Positions 45,833-56,474 of a DNA stretch of 56,595 bases are shown piece after piece; position 1 is the stretch's first letter, and each line of letters begins with the position of its first letter. This stretch comes from a virus. Its lineage: Duplodnaviria; Caudoviricetes. Made by a program: the position numbers and the translations under genes. Below the pieces are notes generated by a model that saw only the letters and a list, made by a program, of their open reading frames with translations, searched no databases and was not told the origin of the DNA. The stretch is from IMG/VR virus record IMGVR_UViG_3300020045_020339, positions 1 to 56,595 of that record, one strand, 5' to 3'.

Positions 45833-47538
45833 TGGATCCTTACATTCTAATACCAGATCTCAATCCTGTCAAATACGTTAAAAAAGATGTAGCTGATACA
45901 GACAATATTTATCTTTTTGATAAGTACAATTACGAGCATACAGTGCAACGTTTTGAAGGCTATAGAGATTATACTCAAAAATGGGTTAATAAGGATTTGG
46001 TAAGGCAGCAAATATGGAGCAGTGGTGTAGATATTTGTAATATAGATTTGGTGGATTGCAATGGCGTAGTCATTCAAAATTACCCTGGCAATATTGCGCT
46101 GCCCAATTTTATAATTAATGGCACCAGTTACAATATTATTCAGTTTGATACCGATACCACATTATTGGCCACCGGCAGATGTTTCTTTATAATAAATTAT
46201 ACCGTAACCGGCGATGCTAATACTTATAAATTAATAAGTGAGCCGCAAGAAATAGTTGCTGAATTAAAGCCAAGCATACTTTTAAAATACAGCAACACGG
46301 TTAATGAATTCAATACCATTTTTAAAACGTCATTTGGCAGTTTTTTTGAGCAGCATTTTTATTTAAGGGTAGAAGGCAGGGTGGTTGCTGATAAGCCAAA
46401 TGTGGTGAGGCAAACTTATGAGGATCAGATTTTAGATCTTACTCAGCTTAATGCAAAACCATTCGACACTTTTAAATTTAAATTTGGCAGCGGCGCCGGT
46501 ATTCCAAAATGGATGGGCAGTAAGTTAAACATGGCTATTGCTTGTAATACTGTTTCAGCAGATAATATACAATTTACTTTTTTAGAAGAGTTGGAAGAAA
46601 AGAATAGCGGGTATTATACCAGATACCTTTATGAAATTGTTGCCAGATATAAGGAGATAAAGTACGTAAAGCAACATTTTGTACCATCTGAACCGGGTGG
46701 AATAGGTCCATTTACTTTACCAGATGGCATTGAAACAGTAGCCTACAGTTTTATCTATAGTTTATCAGGCATGCAACCATTTAGTTTAGGCGCAATAACT
46801 AAACCGGCATGGATGACGGTAATAATATCCGGTAATAAATTGATATTTGGCGGCACACCTGCAAATAGTGATGTGGGTACTAATATTTCGGTATCAGTTG
46901 TAGTTACTAATGCTACAGGCTCTATAACATTAGCTGATTTAATTGATGTGCTTGCAATTGCAGCATGTGTACCAGTTTCCTTTACTTTATTACCCAAATT
47001 ACCTTCTGCTGTAGCTGGTCAGCCTTATTTGGCATCAATACCATTAGCAGGTACAGCACCATATATTTTAAGTAGTGTTGTTAAACCAGCCTGGGCAACA
47101 GTATCAGCATCATTAACAGGCATCGATATATCAGGTACTCCAACAGTGCCTGCTGCTGATGTGGAATTTAGCTTTGATATTAGCAATTGTGGTGGCGGTC
47201 CTGCTAATACTATCAATTTTTCACAATTTATTAATGTTACATCAGGCATAATCATTACAGGTACAACCAGTTTTGATCTTGCAACAGCTTCAGGATCTGG
47301 TAATATAATTGCAATACCTGGTACACTGGTAACAGTAAATATTGAAGCTCAAGGTATAGCAGGCGAAACATTTACATTAGATACCGCTATAGTAGGTGCC
47401 GGCGTAACTGGTTCAACCAATGTTACTAATGGATTAACAACTTATACTTTTGTAATGCCTGCAATGGGTAATGTGGCATGGAGTGCAACATACACTGCAA
47501 CTGATCCTGCAGGAAGTGGATCAATATCTGTATCGTAA
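45832..47538 (+). CDS. Tail protein with C-terminal Ig-like repeats
   Basis: Two similar units (LPDGIETVAYS...KPAWMTV...GTP and LPSAVAGQPYL...KPAWATV...GTP). Confidence 0.65.
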   Translation: MDPYILIPDLNPVKYVKKDVADTDNIYLFDKYNYEHTVQRFEGYRDYTQKWVNKDLVRQQIWSSGVDICNIDLVDCNGVVIQNYPGNIALPNFIINGTSYNIIQFDTDTTLLATGRCFFIINYTVTGDANTYKLISEPQEIVAELKPSILLKYSNTVNEFNTIFKTSFGSFFEQHFYLRVEGRVVADKPNVVRQTYEDQILDLTQLNAKPFDTFKFKFGSGAGIPKWMGSKLNMAIACNTVSADNIQFTFLEELEEKNSGYYTRYLYEIVARYKEIKYVKQHFVPSEPGGIGPFTLPDGIETVAYSFIYSLSGMQPFSLGAITKPAWMTVIISGNKLIFGGTPANSDVGTNISVSVVVTNATGSITLADLIDVLAIAACVPVSFTLLPKLPSAVAGQPYLASIPLAGTAPYILSSVVKPAWATVSASLTGIDISGTPTVPAADVEFSFDISNCGGGPANTINFSQFINVTSGIIITGTTSFDLATASGSGNIIAIPGTLVTVNIEAQGIAGETFTLDTAIVGAGVTGSTNVTNGLTTYTFVMPAMGNVAWSATYTATDPAGSGSISVS

Positions 47539-47572
47539 AAAAATAACTCAATTAAATTAATACAAAAAGTAT

Positions 47573-47580
47573 TATTTTTG
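47573..47580 (+). promoter_or_regulatory. Bacteroidota -7 promoter box
   Basis: TATTTTTG in AT-rich intergenic region upstream of the leader hairpin. Confidence 0.5.
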
Positions 47581-47613
47581 AATAGGTAAAGTAAAAAACT
47601 AAAAATATTTTTT

Positions 47614-47662
47614 TGAACCGCAAAGGTCATGGCTTAATTGCCCATGGCCTTTTATTTTTTTT
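47614..47662 (+). promoter_or_regulatory. Conserved leader hairpin, copy 2 (before tail-fibre operon)
   Basis: TGAACC-GC-AAAGGTC-N17-GGCCTTTT; same pattern at 30974. Confidence 0.7.
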
Positions 47663-47665
47663 AAG

Positions 47666-48019
47666 ATGTCAACCATTAACGCAAACATTGCAGCAGAAGT
47701 AAATTTCACCATGCGTAAAGGAGATACTTATGATCTTCCTTTTGAGTTTGAAAATGCTGATGAAAGTCCGTTATCATTAGTAGGCGCATCTATCCTTTGG
47801 CAGTTTAGAAAAACAAATAAAGAGGGAGATCTTTTGCAAACAGTTACCCAGGCTATTGGCGGTGCTATTGTAGCGCCTAATAAATTTCAGCCAAATTTTA
47901 TTGTGGCAATGCCGGCTGGCACACACTATACAGATTTTCAAATAACATTTCCTTCCGGTAAAATTTCAACTTTTTTTGAAGGGAAAGTTACTGTAGTACA
48001 AGATGTAAGTAACTCATGA
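47666..48019 (+). CDS. BppU N-terminal-like baseplate/fibre adaptor
   Basis: RKGDTY...PLSLVGA...[11 protein letters not shown]...[12 protein letters not shown] pattern. Confidence 0.6.
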   Translation: MSTINANIAAEVNFTMRKGDTYDLPFEFENADESPLSLVGASILWQFRKTNKEGDLLQTVTQAIGGAIVAPNKFQPNFIVAMPAGTHYTDFQITFPSGKISTFFEGKVTVVQDVSNS

Positions 48020-48705
48020 GTGATGTAACAGTAAATATTACAAGTAATCCAGCTGCTAATGTTGTGGTAAGTAACCAGCAACGGGCAGTTGTAGTAATGC
48101 ATACTGAAGAAAAATTATTGATAAATGTTCCGACACCGGAAAAGATAAATGTGCTTACTAATTCTACAGGTAGTGCAAGGGTTTTATTCGCAGCTAACCA
48201 GGCAATAAATGGTGCAAGTGCTTATGAAATATGGCTTTCTTTTCCCGGTAATGCAGGCAAAACAGAACAGGAATTTATTGATGATTTAAAAGGTGATACC
48301 GGTGCAACAGGGCCTGCTGGACCGCAGGGATCACAAGGATTAACGGGCAATACAGGCTCTGCTGGTTCACAAGGCATACAGGGAGAAATTGGTCCGCAAG
48401 GTCCGGCAGGTGTTCAAGGTATAAAAGGAGACACTGGGGATACCGGTCCACAAGGGCCACAGGGTATTCAGGGGTTAACGGGAGATACAGGACCGCAAGG
48501 TTTAATTGGTTTGACGGGAGCAACCGGTGCTACAGGTGCGCAAGGAATTCAGGGCGTGAAAGGAGATACCGGTGATGTAGGACCGCAAGGCCCAACCGGT
48601 TTACAAGGAATTCAGGGAGTACAAGGCATACAAGGGCCTCAAGGTATACAAGGCGAGCCAGGCCAAGACAATAACAGTATTATGAATGCAATAATATTCG
48701 GATAA
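48016..48705 (+). CDS. Collagen-like tail fibre protein
   Basis: GASAYEIWL motif followed by about 40 uninterrupted Gly-X-Y triplets. Confidence 0.85.
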   Translation: MSDVTVNITSNPAANVVVSNQQRAVVVMHTEEKLLINVPTPEKINVLTNSTGSARVLFAANQAINGASAYEIWLSFPGNAGKTEQEFIDDLKGDTGATGPAGPQGSQGLTGNTGSAGSQGIQGEIGPQGPAGVQGIKGDTGDTGPQGPQGIQGLTGDTGPQGLIGLTGATGATGAQGIQGVKGDTGDVGPQGPTGLQGIQGVQGIQGPQGIQGEPGQDNNSIMNAIIFG

Positions 48706-49220
48706 TGAAAAAATCAGTGATAGGAGAAGTTGTATTTGTACCTGCATCAAAAACTATTGATGCAGGTATTACTGATTTTGATATTCGTAATCTGTACGCC
48801 ATCATCAATCAAACAGCAGGACAGATAATTTATGCAACTGGTACAGCAGGAAAAGGGTTTACAGGTATTAGCGGAAATATAATTACGCTGGAATATGATA
48901 CAGCTGCAATGAATGCAAATGATGTGCTGCAAATTATTTATGATGATAGTGAAGATTCTGAAATAAAACAGGCGCTGTATGAAGTAGCGGAAAGGCTTAG
49001 TTTTTTAGCAGGTGTAAAAGGTGTACTGGCAGATTTAAGAGTAACTCCAACTGGTACGGTAACTATTGCAGGCAATATTACTACAGTAACCACGGTTACA
49101 ACAGTCGGTACCGTAAGTAACCAAACAAGTATTGGTGGCTTTAGTGCTAATCAGCAAATACCCTCTTCGCAAAATACGGCAGCAGTATTGTCAAACATCA
49201 ATAACATCATTCAATCATAA
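48705..49220 (+). CDS. Tail fibre-associated protein
   Basis: TAATG coupling; Thr/Val-rich stretch. Confidence 0.6.
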   Translation: MKKSVIGEVVFVPASKTIDAGITDFDIRNLYAIINQTAGQIIYATGTAGKGFTGISGNIITLEYDTAAMNANDVLQIIYDDSEDSEIKQALYEVAERLSFLAGVKGVLADLRVTPTGTVTIAGNITTVTTVTTVGTVSNQTSIGGFSANQQIPSSQNTAAVLSNINNIIQS

Positions 49221-49223
49221 ACA

Positions 49224-50648
49224 ATGGCAATTATAAATAAAAATCTTCCTTTAGTACATCGCAAAGAGTTTCAAATGATGACTCCTGCACCGGTAGCTAC
49301 TGCTGCAGGAGCTTTTATTGTAACTGATAATAAAGAAAGAGATAACCTTGCTTTATATGTTGTAAATGCTACCACTCATTATCTGTACCATCATGATGAA
49401 GATGCGTGGGTGCAAATTCCGTCTTTAGCACTTGCCGGTACATTTGGCGCAGGCTCATGTGGCACCCGTAGAAGGTGGAGCAATACTTTAACTGCTAATG
49501 GAGGCAGCACTACAACTGCAACAACAACTGCAAATATCAGCGGCCTTTGCATTGGTAAAACAGTAAGGTTTTTAACAGGCGCAAATGCAGGCAGAGAAGC
49601 TACAATTACAGGGGCAATAATAACTCCTGCAGGTACATCAACAATACAATTTGATGCTTTAGCATCAGCAGTAGTTAATACAGATACATTTGTAATTGAT
49701 ACAGGTCTTTTTGTACTTATCAATGCAGGTACAATTGGTGCAGGAAGTTTTAGAAGTTACGATCCATTAACAGGCGTGGCCACTTCATTAACTACTACAG
49801 GTTTACCAGCAACGTTTGGTACTGAAGGAAGACTCGTTTCAACATCTTCTGTAGATGCTTTTGCAACAGGCACTGCTACCGCAGGTGCAGCATCTACTTT
49901 AACCAATGCTAGTAAAACATGGGCCACAAATAAATGGGTCAATTTTCAAGTTAGAATTATTGCAGGCACAGGCATAGGTCAGGTAAGAACAATTGCCAGC
50001 AATACCGGAACTGTTCTTACAGTTTCTTCCAACTGGACAGTAAATCCAGATGCTACCAGCGTTTACAATATTGAAGGCAATGACGATTATCTATATCTGT
50101 TAGGTAACAATGCTGTTACTATGTACAGGTATTCATTTTCCGGTAACTCTTGGACAACCATGGCGCCTACAGCTGCAAGAGCTGCTGCAATGGTTGCAGG
50201 CGGTGGCGCTAACTGGATTCAGCTAACAGGCGATACTAATTTTGATGATGAAAGTACAGGCAATGCAGGGAAGTATATTTTTTCTTTCCGTGGTGGTGCA
50301 GGTGCAATACTAGACCGTTTTGATATTACAGGCGGCACAGCCGGTGCTGGTGCATGGGCTGCTATCACTTACATAAATCAATCAGAAACATTTACTACAG
50401 GCAGTAGTTATGCAGCTTTTGGCCGCTATATAATTTGCCGAAAAGATGCTACCCATCGATATTTTAAATATTCAGTAAGAGGTAACTATATGGAGCCACT
50501 TGCAACTAATCTTTATCCAGATGGGGCAGCTTTATTAGGTGATAAAACCTGGGTTAAAAATTATATGGAAGGCAGCGCAGTAAAATTAACCTGGTTGTAT
50601 TCTTTAAGAAATACAGGAACTGAATTACACAGAATGCTTTTAATTTAA
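49224..50648 (+). CDS. Putative receptor-binding protein (propeller-like repeats plus duplicated inserted domain)
   Basis: A/T/G-rich; repeats GKTVRFLTGANAGREATIT and NFQVRIIAGTGIGQVRTIA; YRYSFSGNSW kelch-like segments. Confidence 0.55.
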   Translation: MAIINKNLPLVHRKEFQMMTPAPVATAAGAFIVTDNKERDNLALYVVNATTHYLYHHDEDAWVQIPSLALAGTFGAGSCGTRRRWSNTLTANGGSTTTATTTANISGLCIGKTVRFLTGANAGREATITGAIITPAGTSTIQFDALASAVVNTDTFVIDTGLFVLINAGTIGAGSFRSYDPLTGVATSLTTTGLPATFGTEGRLVSTSSVDAFATGTATAGAASTLTNASKTWATNKWVNFQVRIIAGTGIGQVRTIASNTGTVLTVSSNWTVNPDATSVYNIEGNDDYLYLLGNNAVTMYRYSFSGNSWTTMAPTAARAAAMVAGGGANWIQLTGDTNFDDESTGNAGKYIFSFRGGAGAILDRFDITGGTAGAGAWAAITYINQSETFTTGSSYAAFGRYIICRKDATHRYFKYSVRGNYMEPLATNLYPDGAALLGDKTWVKNYMEGSAVKLTWLYSLRNTGTELHRMLLI

Positions 50649-50658
50649 AAATAACTCA

Positions 50659-53600
50659 ATGAAAAAATTACTTTTTGCACTATCATTATTTATCAGTTTT
50701 TCAGTATCTGCACAACGCATGTTAGTACTGCCGGATACACCAAGATTTGCAAATCAAAACAAAGGTGTATGGGTACTTCGGGTAGCTGATAACCAGCCAT
50801 ATTTTAGCAACGGTAACAGGTGGGTACTTAATACTGGAGGTATTTCTGCACAAACAATAAAAGATAGTTTAGATGCATTCTTCTTAAGAATAGTTACTTC
50901 TTACAATAATAAAAAAGGTGCTGTTAAAGGCATAGATTCTATTTATTTTGATGGCGGTGGTACGATAATGTATTACCGTTATAATGGAACAATTTTTTCG
51001 CAGGCAATATCAGGAAGTGGCATAACAGATAGCGCATATATTTTAGCCCAAATTTCCGACAGCCTAAACGCTAATCGTAAAAGATTACTGGGTTTTCTGG
51101 TTAACAATTCCACTATTACCAGTATCAGCAATTATACCAATACTGGTTTAACTTCTCCAGTAGCTAGTGGAGGGAAGGTCAATTTAGTAGCATCTGCGAA
51201 TAACTTTACAGCTCACCTGGCATACAACTATTATTCTCTTTTAGAAAGGTGGTACCAAAAAATTCCTTTTAAAATTATAGCTACGGCCACTAATGGTGGT
51301 ATTGGTATAGGCATGCAATCTGCCAATAATATTTCGCTTGATAAATCAAATGTGTATGGTTATATAAAAAAGACAGCCAGTAGTACTAAAATGTACATCG
51401 TAAGCGGTTACACCGGCTACGGTATTTTTCCAATTGACAGTTTAACCATTCCTGATGCGTCCTTTCAAAACAGTGATAGCGGCGCCATAGAATTTGAGAG
51501 AGTTGTTGATACAATGTATTTGAAGTTTAAAAACTTTACTCAAAATACCAACTATGCTTTAAAGGCGCCGTTAACCGATGTTACAGCGCCAAACACTGGC
51601 CAGTACGCCATTTTTAATATTGGTGGCACCTATGATGTGTATGGCCACACCATTTCCAGCAATGAAGTAGTAGGCGCTCAGTTAGGGTTAATAGGCGATA
51701 GTAAACTATCAGCATTTGGTACCGGCATCAGCAATGGCAGGTACAGGTATGGCGAGCTGTTAGGTAGTAATTTCCCTTATGTAGTAATCAGCGGCGGCCC
51801 TGCTGATAAAACTACCGAAGTATTATTGCGTATCCCTGAATTAATTGCTTTGGGTTTTAAACAAACCATACTCAGTCCTGGCTGCAACGATATTCGTGGC
51901 GGTATGTTAGAGGCAGAATATGAATACAATTACGATAGCATCACCCGGGCATTATCAACCGCAGGCACACAGGTTTTTCATGAGTATTATTACGAGGGTG
52001 CCGAAAGCTTTCAACCCACACAGGTAGCATGGCTTAAAGCCACTTACCCCAATAATTATATCAATACTTATGATGAGTTGAAAAATACTGCAGGTAGCAT
52101 TGTAAACTCTCACCCCAGTGATCTAGGACATCAGATAATAGCAAAAACCACCATCCAATCTTATAAATTGAATAATGCAGTAAATGCACCGGTAGTTACT
52201 TATCAGTTTCCACAAAAAATACATGCCGATACTAAGGTAGATCTTGGAACAAACAATTTGCTTTGGTACAAAATTGCAACTAAAACAACCGAAGACACTA
52301 CTAAAACATCACAGTTTTGGGTAGGCGATTCCATTAACAGAAACATTTTTAAATGGACTTTTGGAGGCTTATTTAATACCAGCTTTAACGGGCAGGCAAA
52401 TGCTGCTTTGGTAATAAGTAAAACCAAAAGAAACAATAATGAAAATGTAGATCTTCTTTCGATGGTAACTGCTGATGCACCAACAAAAAATGGCTGGCAT
52501 TTTCAAAATCTAACAGGCGTGGCTGGTTATGTAATTCCAAGAATGATTACCTACGGATTAGCAGATCCCGGCTATGTTCATTTAGCTTTTTGCAAGTACA
52601 GCGGAATGAACTGGCAGGTGGCTAATTACGACAGTGCCGATCTTGCAGGTAAAATTGCCACTTATCAACCTATAAACTCTGCTTATTCTGCTTACACCTT
52701 TTATAATGCTCAAACTGCATTGTTAGATATATTAGGCAGCGGCCGTGGTACCATAACTGGTAACGATTGGCGTTATGCAGCGGATTATTCTGCAAACTAC
52801 ACCGATAGAAGTTTGGTTGATAAAGGCTATGTTGATAGGCCAGCCATTACTTATGCAAGTGGTGTGTCTGATTATACACCATCGGCTTCTGATAAAACTA
52901 TTATAACCAATGGGCGGCCAATAACCCTGCCCACATCAGTAGGCATAGAGGGAAAAAAATACATTATAAAAAATGCCGGGGTTACAAATATTACTATCGA
53001 TGCGTTTGGTACGCAAAAAATAGATGATGATAGTCTTTTAATTACGTTGCAACCTAAAAAAGCAGTTACCCTGCAAAGTGATTTTATCGGCTGGAGAGTA
53101 ATATCAGATGCTATAAATGTAACTACAACCGGCGGCGGTGGATCCGGCTACACTGCCGCACAAATAGACAGCATTGCCCGTTTAGCAATTGCTGATAGCA
53201 CTCATCCTTTACAAATTACCCAAAGCATTGGCGCCAACAGAATATTTTTTAAAGCCAACGACAGCTTAATGAAATTCCATTCTATTGAAGCCGACAGCAA
53301 TATTACCATTGTAGCCAGGATAGATGCTAATGGCGATACAGTTTGGAAAATAAAAGCCAAACCATCAATTGACAGTTTGAGAATGATCAGTGATAGTGTA
53401 ATGAGGGTGTATAACAATGCTGGTTACACTTACGATTTAAGTATACCAGGCAAAGCCAATACCGCCGGCAGTAGTGGTACACAAACTATTGTTGATACTG
53501 CAAAATCTCTACATGCTACAGGCGGTTTATTTGCAACCAACGATGGCGACATTGTTTTAGAAGGTAACGGAGCTGAAATAAATATTGGAGCCTTTCCCAA

Positions 53601-53880
53601 TATCCCAGTCAGATTACGAAGTAACAATGCCGTTAAGTTAGAAGTAAAAGCAACCACCGGTAACATTGTAGTAGGCAGCAGCATGACAGATGTTACCAAT
53701 GGTGCTCTGGTAATTAACAGCACTACCAAAGCATTGGTATTACCCCGAATGACGAAAACGCAGCGTGATGCCATTGGTAGTCCTATAGCAGGTATGATGG
53801 TTTATCAAACTGATAATACACCTGGCTTGCGTGTTTACAACGGTACTAACTGGATGCGTTATACAGAGACAGCAGATTAA
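50659..53880 (+). CDS. Signal-peptide-bearing fibre-like protein with SGNH hydrolase domain
   Basis: MKKLLFALSLFISFSVSA-Q; IGDS, GCND and HPSDLGH blocks; DRSLVDKGYVD; ITLP...IIKN...IDD; C-terminal LPRMTKTQRDAI...YNGTNW. Confidence 0.75.
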   Translation: MKKLLFALSLFISFSVSAQRMLVLPDTPRFANQNKGVWVLRVADNQPYFSNGNRWVLNTGGISAQTIKDSLDAFFLRIVTSYNNKKGAVKGIDSIYFDGGGTIMYYRYNGTIFSQAISGSGITDSAYILAQISDSLNANRKRLLGFLVNNSTITSISNYTNTGLTSPVASGGKVNLVASANNFTAHLAYNYYSLLERWYQKIPFKIIATATNGGIGIGMQSANNISLDKSNVYGYIKKTASSTKMYIVSGYTGYGIFPIDSLTIPDASFQNSDSGAIEFERVVDTMYLKFKNFTQNTNYALKAPLTDVTAPNTGQYAIFNIGGTYDVYGHTISSNEVVGAQLGLIGDSKLSAFGTGISNGRYRYGELLGSNFPYVVISGGPADKTTEVLLRIPELIALGFKQTILSPGCNDIRGGMLEAEYEYNYDSITRALSTAGTQVFHEYYYEGAESFQPTQVAWLKATYPNNYINTYDELKNTAGSIVNSHPSDLGHQIIAKTTIQSYKLNNAVNAPVVTYQFPQKIHADTKVDLGTNNLLWYKIATKTTEDTTKTSQFWVGDSINRNIFKWTFGGLFNTSFNGQANAALVISKTKRNNNENVDLLSMVTADAPTKNGWHFQNLTGVAGYVIPRMITYGLADPGYVHLAFCKYSGMNWQVANYDSADLAGKIATYQPINSAYSAYTFYNAQTALLDILGSGRGTITGNDWRYAADYSANYTDRSLVDKGYVDRPAITYASGVSDYTPSASDKTIITNGRPITLPTSVGIEGKKYIIKNAGVTNITIDAFGTQKIDDDSLLITLQPKKAVTLQSDFIGWRVISDAINVTTTGGGGSGYTAAQIDSIARLAIADSTHPLQITQSIGANRIFFKANDSLMKFHSIEADSNITIVARIDANGDTVWKIKAKPSIDSLRMISDSVMRVYNNAGYTYDLSIPGKANTAGSSGTQTIVDTAKSLHATGGLFATNDGDIVLEGNGAEINIGAFPNIPVRLRSNNAVKLEVKATTGNIVVGSSMTDVTNGALVINSTTKALVLPRMTKTQRDAIGSPIAGMMVYQTDNTPGLRVYNGTNWMRYTETAD

Positions 53881-53901
53881 TTAATTATAAAATTTTAACT
53901 C

Positions 53902-54345
53902 ATGAAAAAAACATTTTTATCACTAACCGTTTTACTTTTTTCTTTAGCAGCAGCAGCCCAGGTAGATGCCGCTATTGATGAAAAGATTGAAAGAAAAATT
54001 GCATCCGCATTTACTGCTTACGATACTATTTTGGTAAGAAAAATTAATAAAGCTGGCAGCTTTTATATCGACACATTAAATGTTTCCGATGATATCGTTA
54101 ACTACATCATCAGCATCAAAGTGGTGGATGCAGCAGGCAAGGCCAGTGCAAGAAAACTGATTGAAGTAAAAAAAATAAATGGCGTAATTACTGCACGGGA
54201 TGCTAATCAGCTGACCCTATCCGGCATTGCCGGCATTACATGGGCACTGGTAAAAAAAGACAATGTTATTTACGTTGCCATCACCAGTACCAAAACAACT
54301 TCGGTCAGTTATAAATATTACAAGATCAAAGAAAATAATTTTTAA
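53902..54345 (+). CDS. Exported hypothetical protein
   Basis: MKKTFLSLTVLLFSLAAAA-Q signal peptide. Confidence 0.7.
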   Translation: MKKTFLSLTVLLFSLAAAAQVDAAIDEKIERKIASAFTAYDTILVRKINKAGSFYIDTLNVSDDIVNYIISIKVVDAAGKASARKLIEVKKINGVITARDANQLTLSGIAGITWALVKKDNVIYVAITSTKTTSVSYKYYKIKENNF

Positions 54346-54361
54346 AACTCAAATCATTACA

Positions 54362-54550
54362 ATGAAAAAATTACTATTCGCAGCATTCTTATTAGTAAGT
54401 ACTCAGGCATTTAGCCAAATGAAAAAAAAGCCATCGCCACATAGCAAGGCCGATAGCATTGCTTACCAAAAAAGATTGCTGTTTAAAAAGCGATCGGATT
54501 CTGCATACCGTGCAGATGCTGCAAAAATTCCTTACAAAACAAAGCATTAA
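54362..54550 (+). CDS. Small exported basic protein
   Basis: ATG 54362; MKKLLFAAFLLVSTQAFS-Q. Confidence 0.65.
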   Translation: MKKLLFAAFLLVSTQAFSQMKKKPSPHSKADSIAYQKRLLFKKRSDSAYRADAAKIPYKTKH

Positions 54551-54551
54551 A

Positions 54552-56456
54552 ATGAAAAAAATAATCACACTACTTTTTTTATTAGCCAGCATTACCATTA
54601 ATGCGGCCACTTATTACATCAGTACATCAGGCAACGATGCTACCGGCGATGGCAGCGTTGGTAACCCATGGCGTACACTGCGTAAAGCCACCGAAACAGT
54701 TACAACACCCGGCGACATTATACATGTAAACGCAGGCACTTATTTAGAAACGCAGCAAAGCGATTTAAGAGTAGGTGTAAGTATTGAAGGCGATGGCGCA
54801 ACATCAGTAATTCAATGCACCATTACCACCTATGCCGCAGCAATTGTTTATGCTACCAGTGCCGAGGGTACTAATGGTAACCAGCATATCAGCAATGTAA
54901 AGTTTGATGGCAGAAGCACTGCCACCAGCTGGGCAGTGCAAATACAAGGCCGCAGTAATTTTAGTATCTACAATTGTACTATTGTTGATTTTCAAGATAG
55001 AGGTATAATTTGGGGTGGCAGAAATGATAATGGCAACGGCCCTCCAACTATTTATGCCACGGGTAATAGCTTTCACGATAATATTGTAACCAATTCTGCC
55101 ACCTGTAATGGTGTATATGGTACCGGTTGCCTGGGTATTGGCGGGCAGGATGGTATGCTGGTGTACAACAACACCATTACCAGTATTGGCCGTGCAGCCA
55201 ATACCAATGGCTGGCCAATTAAATATTGGAACGAAGGCCATTTAAAAGGCGTTAAAATTTACAATAATAATTTAACCAGCCAGCTGCTTACATTAGGCAG
55301 TAATGGAGAGCTGGGCTTTTGGGATTTTAGTATTGAATTGTTTTACGAGCAGGGATTAGAAATTTATGGCAACACCTGCAACGGAAGCATTGATGTAAAT
55401 TTCAACAGCAAAGGCATCTATCCTTACACCTATTATATTCATCACAATACCATTGGCCCGTCTTCTTTTCCCAGCAGCAGGCAAAGCGGTATAATTGCTG
55501 AATTTGATACAGAGACCGGCCGTATTGAATACAACACCATTCGCAATTGCGTAGATGGCATTGTATTTTCTTTAAGGCCAAACTCACAGGTTACCAATAC
55601 ACGAATTGCCAATAATTTAATTTACGGCATTGGCAGTACCGGCGGCGGTTACGGATTAGGTATTGGCAATTTTACCGATGGAAGTGTAACATGGAATTTG
55701 GTAAACGTTGATGTGCTTAATAATACAGTAGTAGCTCACCCTACAGATGCGTATGCTCCTTTTGAGGGCGTAGGCTTTAAAGATTTTGATGGTGCCAGCA
55801 CTGTAAAAATAAAAAACAATATTATAGTTGGCTTTCAGGATGGCACATTAAATATGATACCGGCATCATTAGTTAGTGGTTCAGAATTTCAGTATAATGA
55901 TTTGTACGATAATAATTACAACACACTATTCACCACATTTGGTGGCACTGTAAATCCACCGGGCGGTAATACAATTAGTAATAATTTAAACAATGTAAAT
56001 CCATTGTTTGTAGGCGGCAATGCTTACTTATTAGATTCTGTAACACCATCCTCTTTACGTAATGCCGGCAGCGATGGTACCAATATGGGCCACACCGGTG
56101 GCAGTGGTAATATATCGCCAACTGCAGCAGCCGGCACCGATCAAACTATTACACTACCTACCGCATCAGTTAGTTTAACCGGCAGCGGTACCGATGCCGA
56201 TGGTACTATTGCCTCTTATGCCTGGGCGCAGGTAAGCGGCCCATCACTGGCTACATTAGGCACGCCATCCAGCCAAAATACCAGCGCATCAGTATTGGTG
56301 CAAGGCACTTATATTTTTCGCTTAACAGTAACCGATAATAATGGCGCCACCGGCACCGATGAGGTACAGGTAGTTGTTAATGCGGCACCAGGCGGCGGTG
56401 GTGGAAGCAATCCGGATATTTTAATTATCCGTGGGTTGAATAAAATTATTTTTTAA
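54552..56456 (+). CDS. Exported right-handed beta-helix protein with C-terminal PKD-like domain (depolymerase-like)
   Basis: ATG 54552; signal peptide, ATYYISTSGNDATGDGSVGNPWRT, PGDIIHVNAGTY, Asn-ladder repeats, PKD-like AGTDQTITLP...FRLTVTDNNG. Confidence 0.8.
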   Translation: MKKIITLLFLLASITINAATYYISTSGNDATGDGSVGNPWRTLRKATETVTTPGDIIHVNAGTYLETQQSDLRVGVSIEGDGATSVIQCTITTYAAAIVYATSAEGTNGNQHISNVKFDGRSTATSWAVQIQGRSNFSIYNCTIVDFQDRGIIWGGRNDNGNGPPTIYATGNSFHDNIVTNSATCNGVYGTGCLGIGGQDGMLVYNNTITSIGRAANTNGWPIKYWNEGHLKGVKIYNNNLTSQLLTLGSNGELGFWDFSIELFYEQGLEIYGNTCNGSIDVNFNSKGIYPYTYYIHHNTIGPSSFPSSRQSGIIAEFDTETGRIEYNTIRNCVDGIVFSLRPNSQVTNTRIANNLIYGIGSTGGGYGLGIGNFTDGSVTWNLVNVDVLNNTVVAHPTDAYAPFEGVGFKDFDGASTVKIKNNIIVGFQDGTLNMIPASLVSGSEFQYNDLYDNNYNTLFTTFGGTVNPPGGNTISNNLNNVNPLFVGGNAYLLDSVTPSSLRNAGSDGTNMGHTGGSGNISPTAAAGTDQTITLPTASVSLTGSGTDADGTIASYAWAQVSGPSLATLGTPSSQNTSASVLVQGTYIFRLTVTDNNGATGTDEVQVVVNAAPGGGGGSNPDILIIRGLNKIIF

Positions 56457-56474
56457 AGCATAAAACTGAAAGGT

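Noticed and set aside
48290-48665. Nucleotide-level tandem repeats
   Set aside because: Fully explained by collagen Gly-X-Y coding
11545-55587. Numerous minus-strand ORFs of 60-180 aa inside long plus-strand genes
   Set aside because: They are antisense shadows of well-supported genes with no recognisable motifs; only 30180-30440 lies outside a core gene
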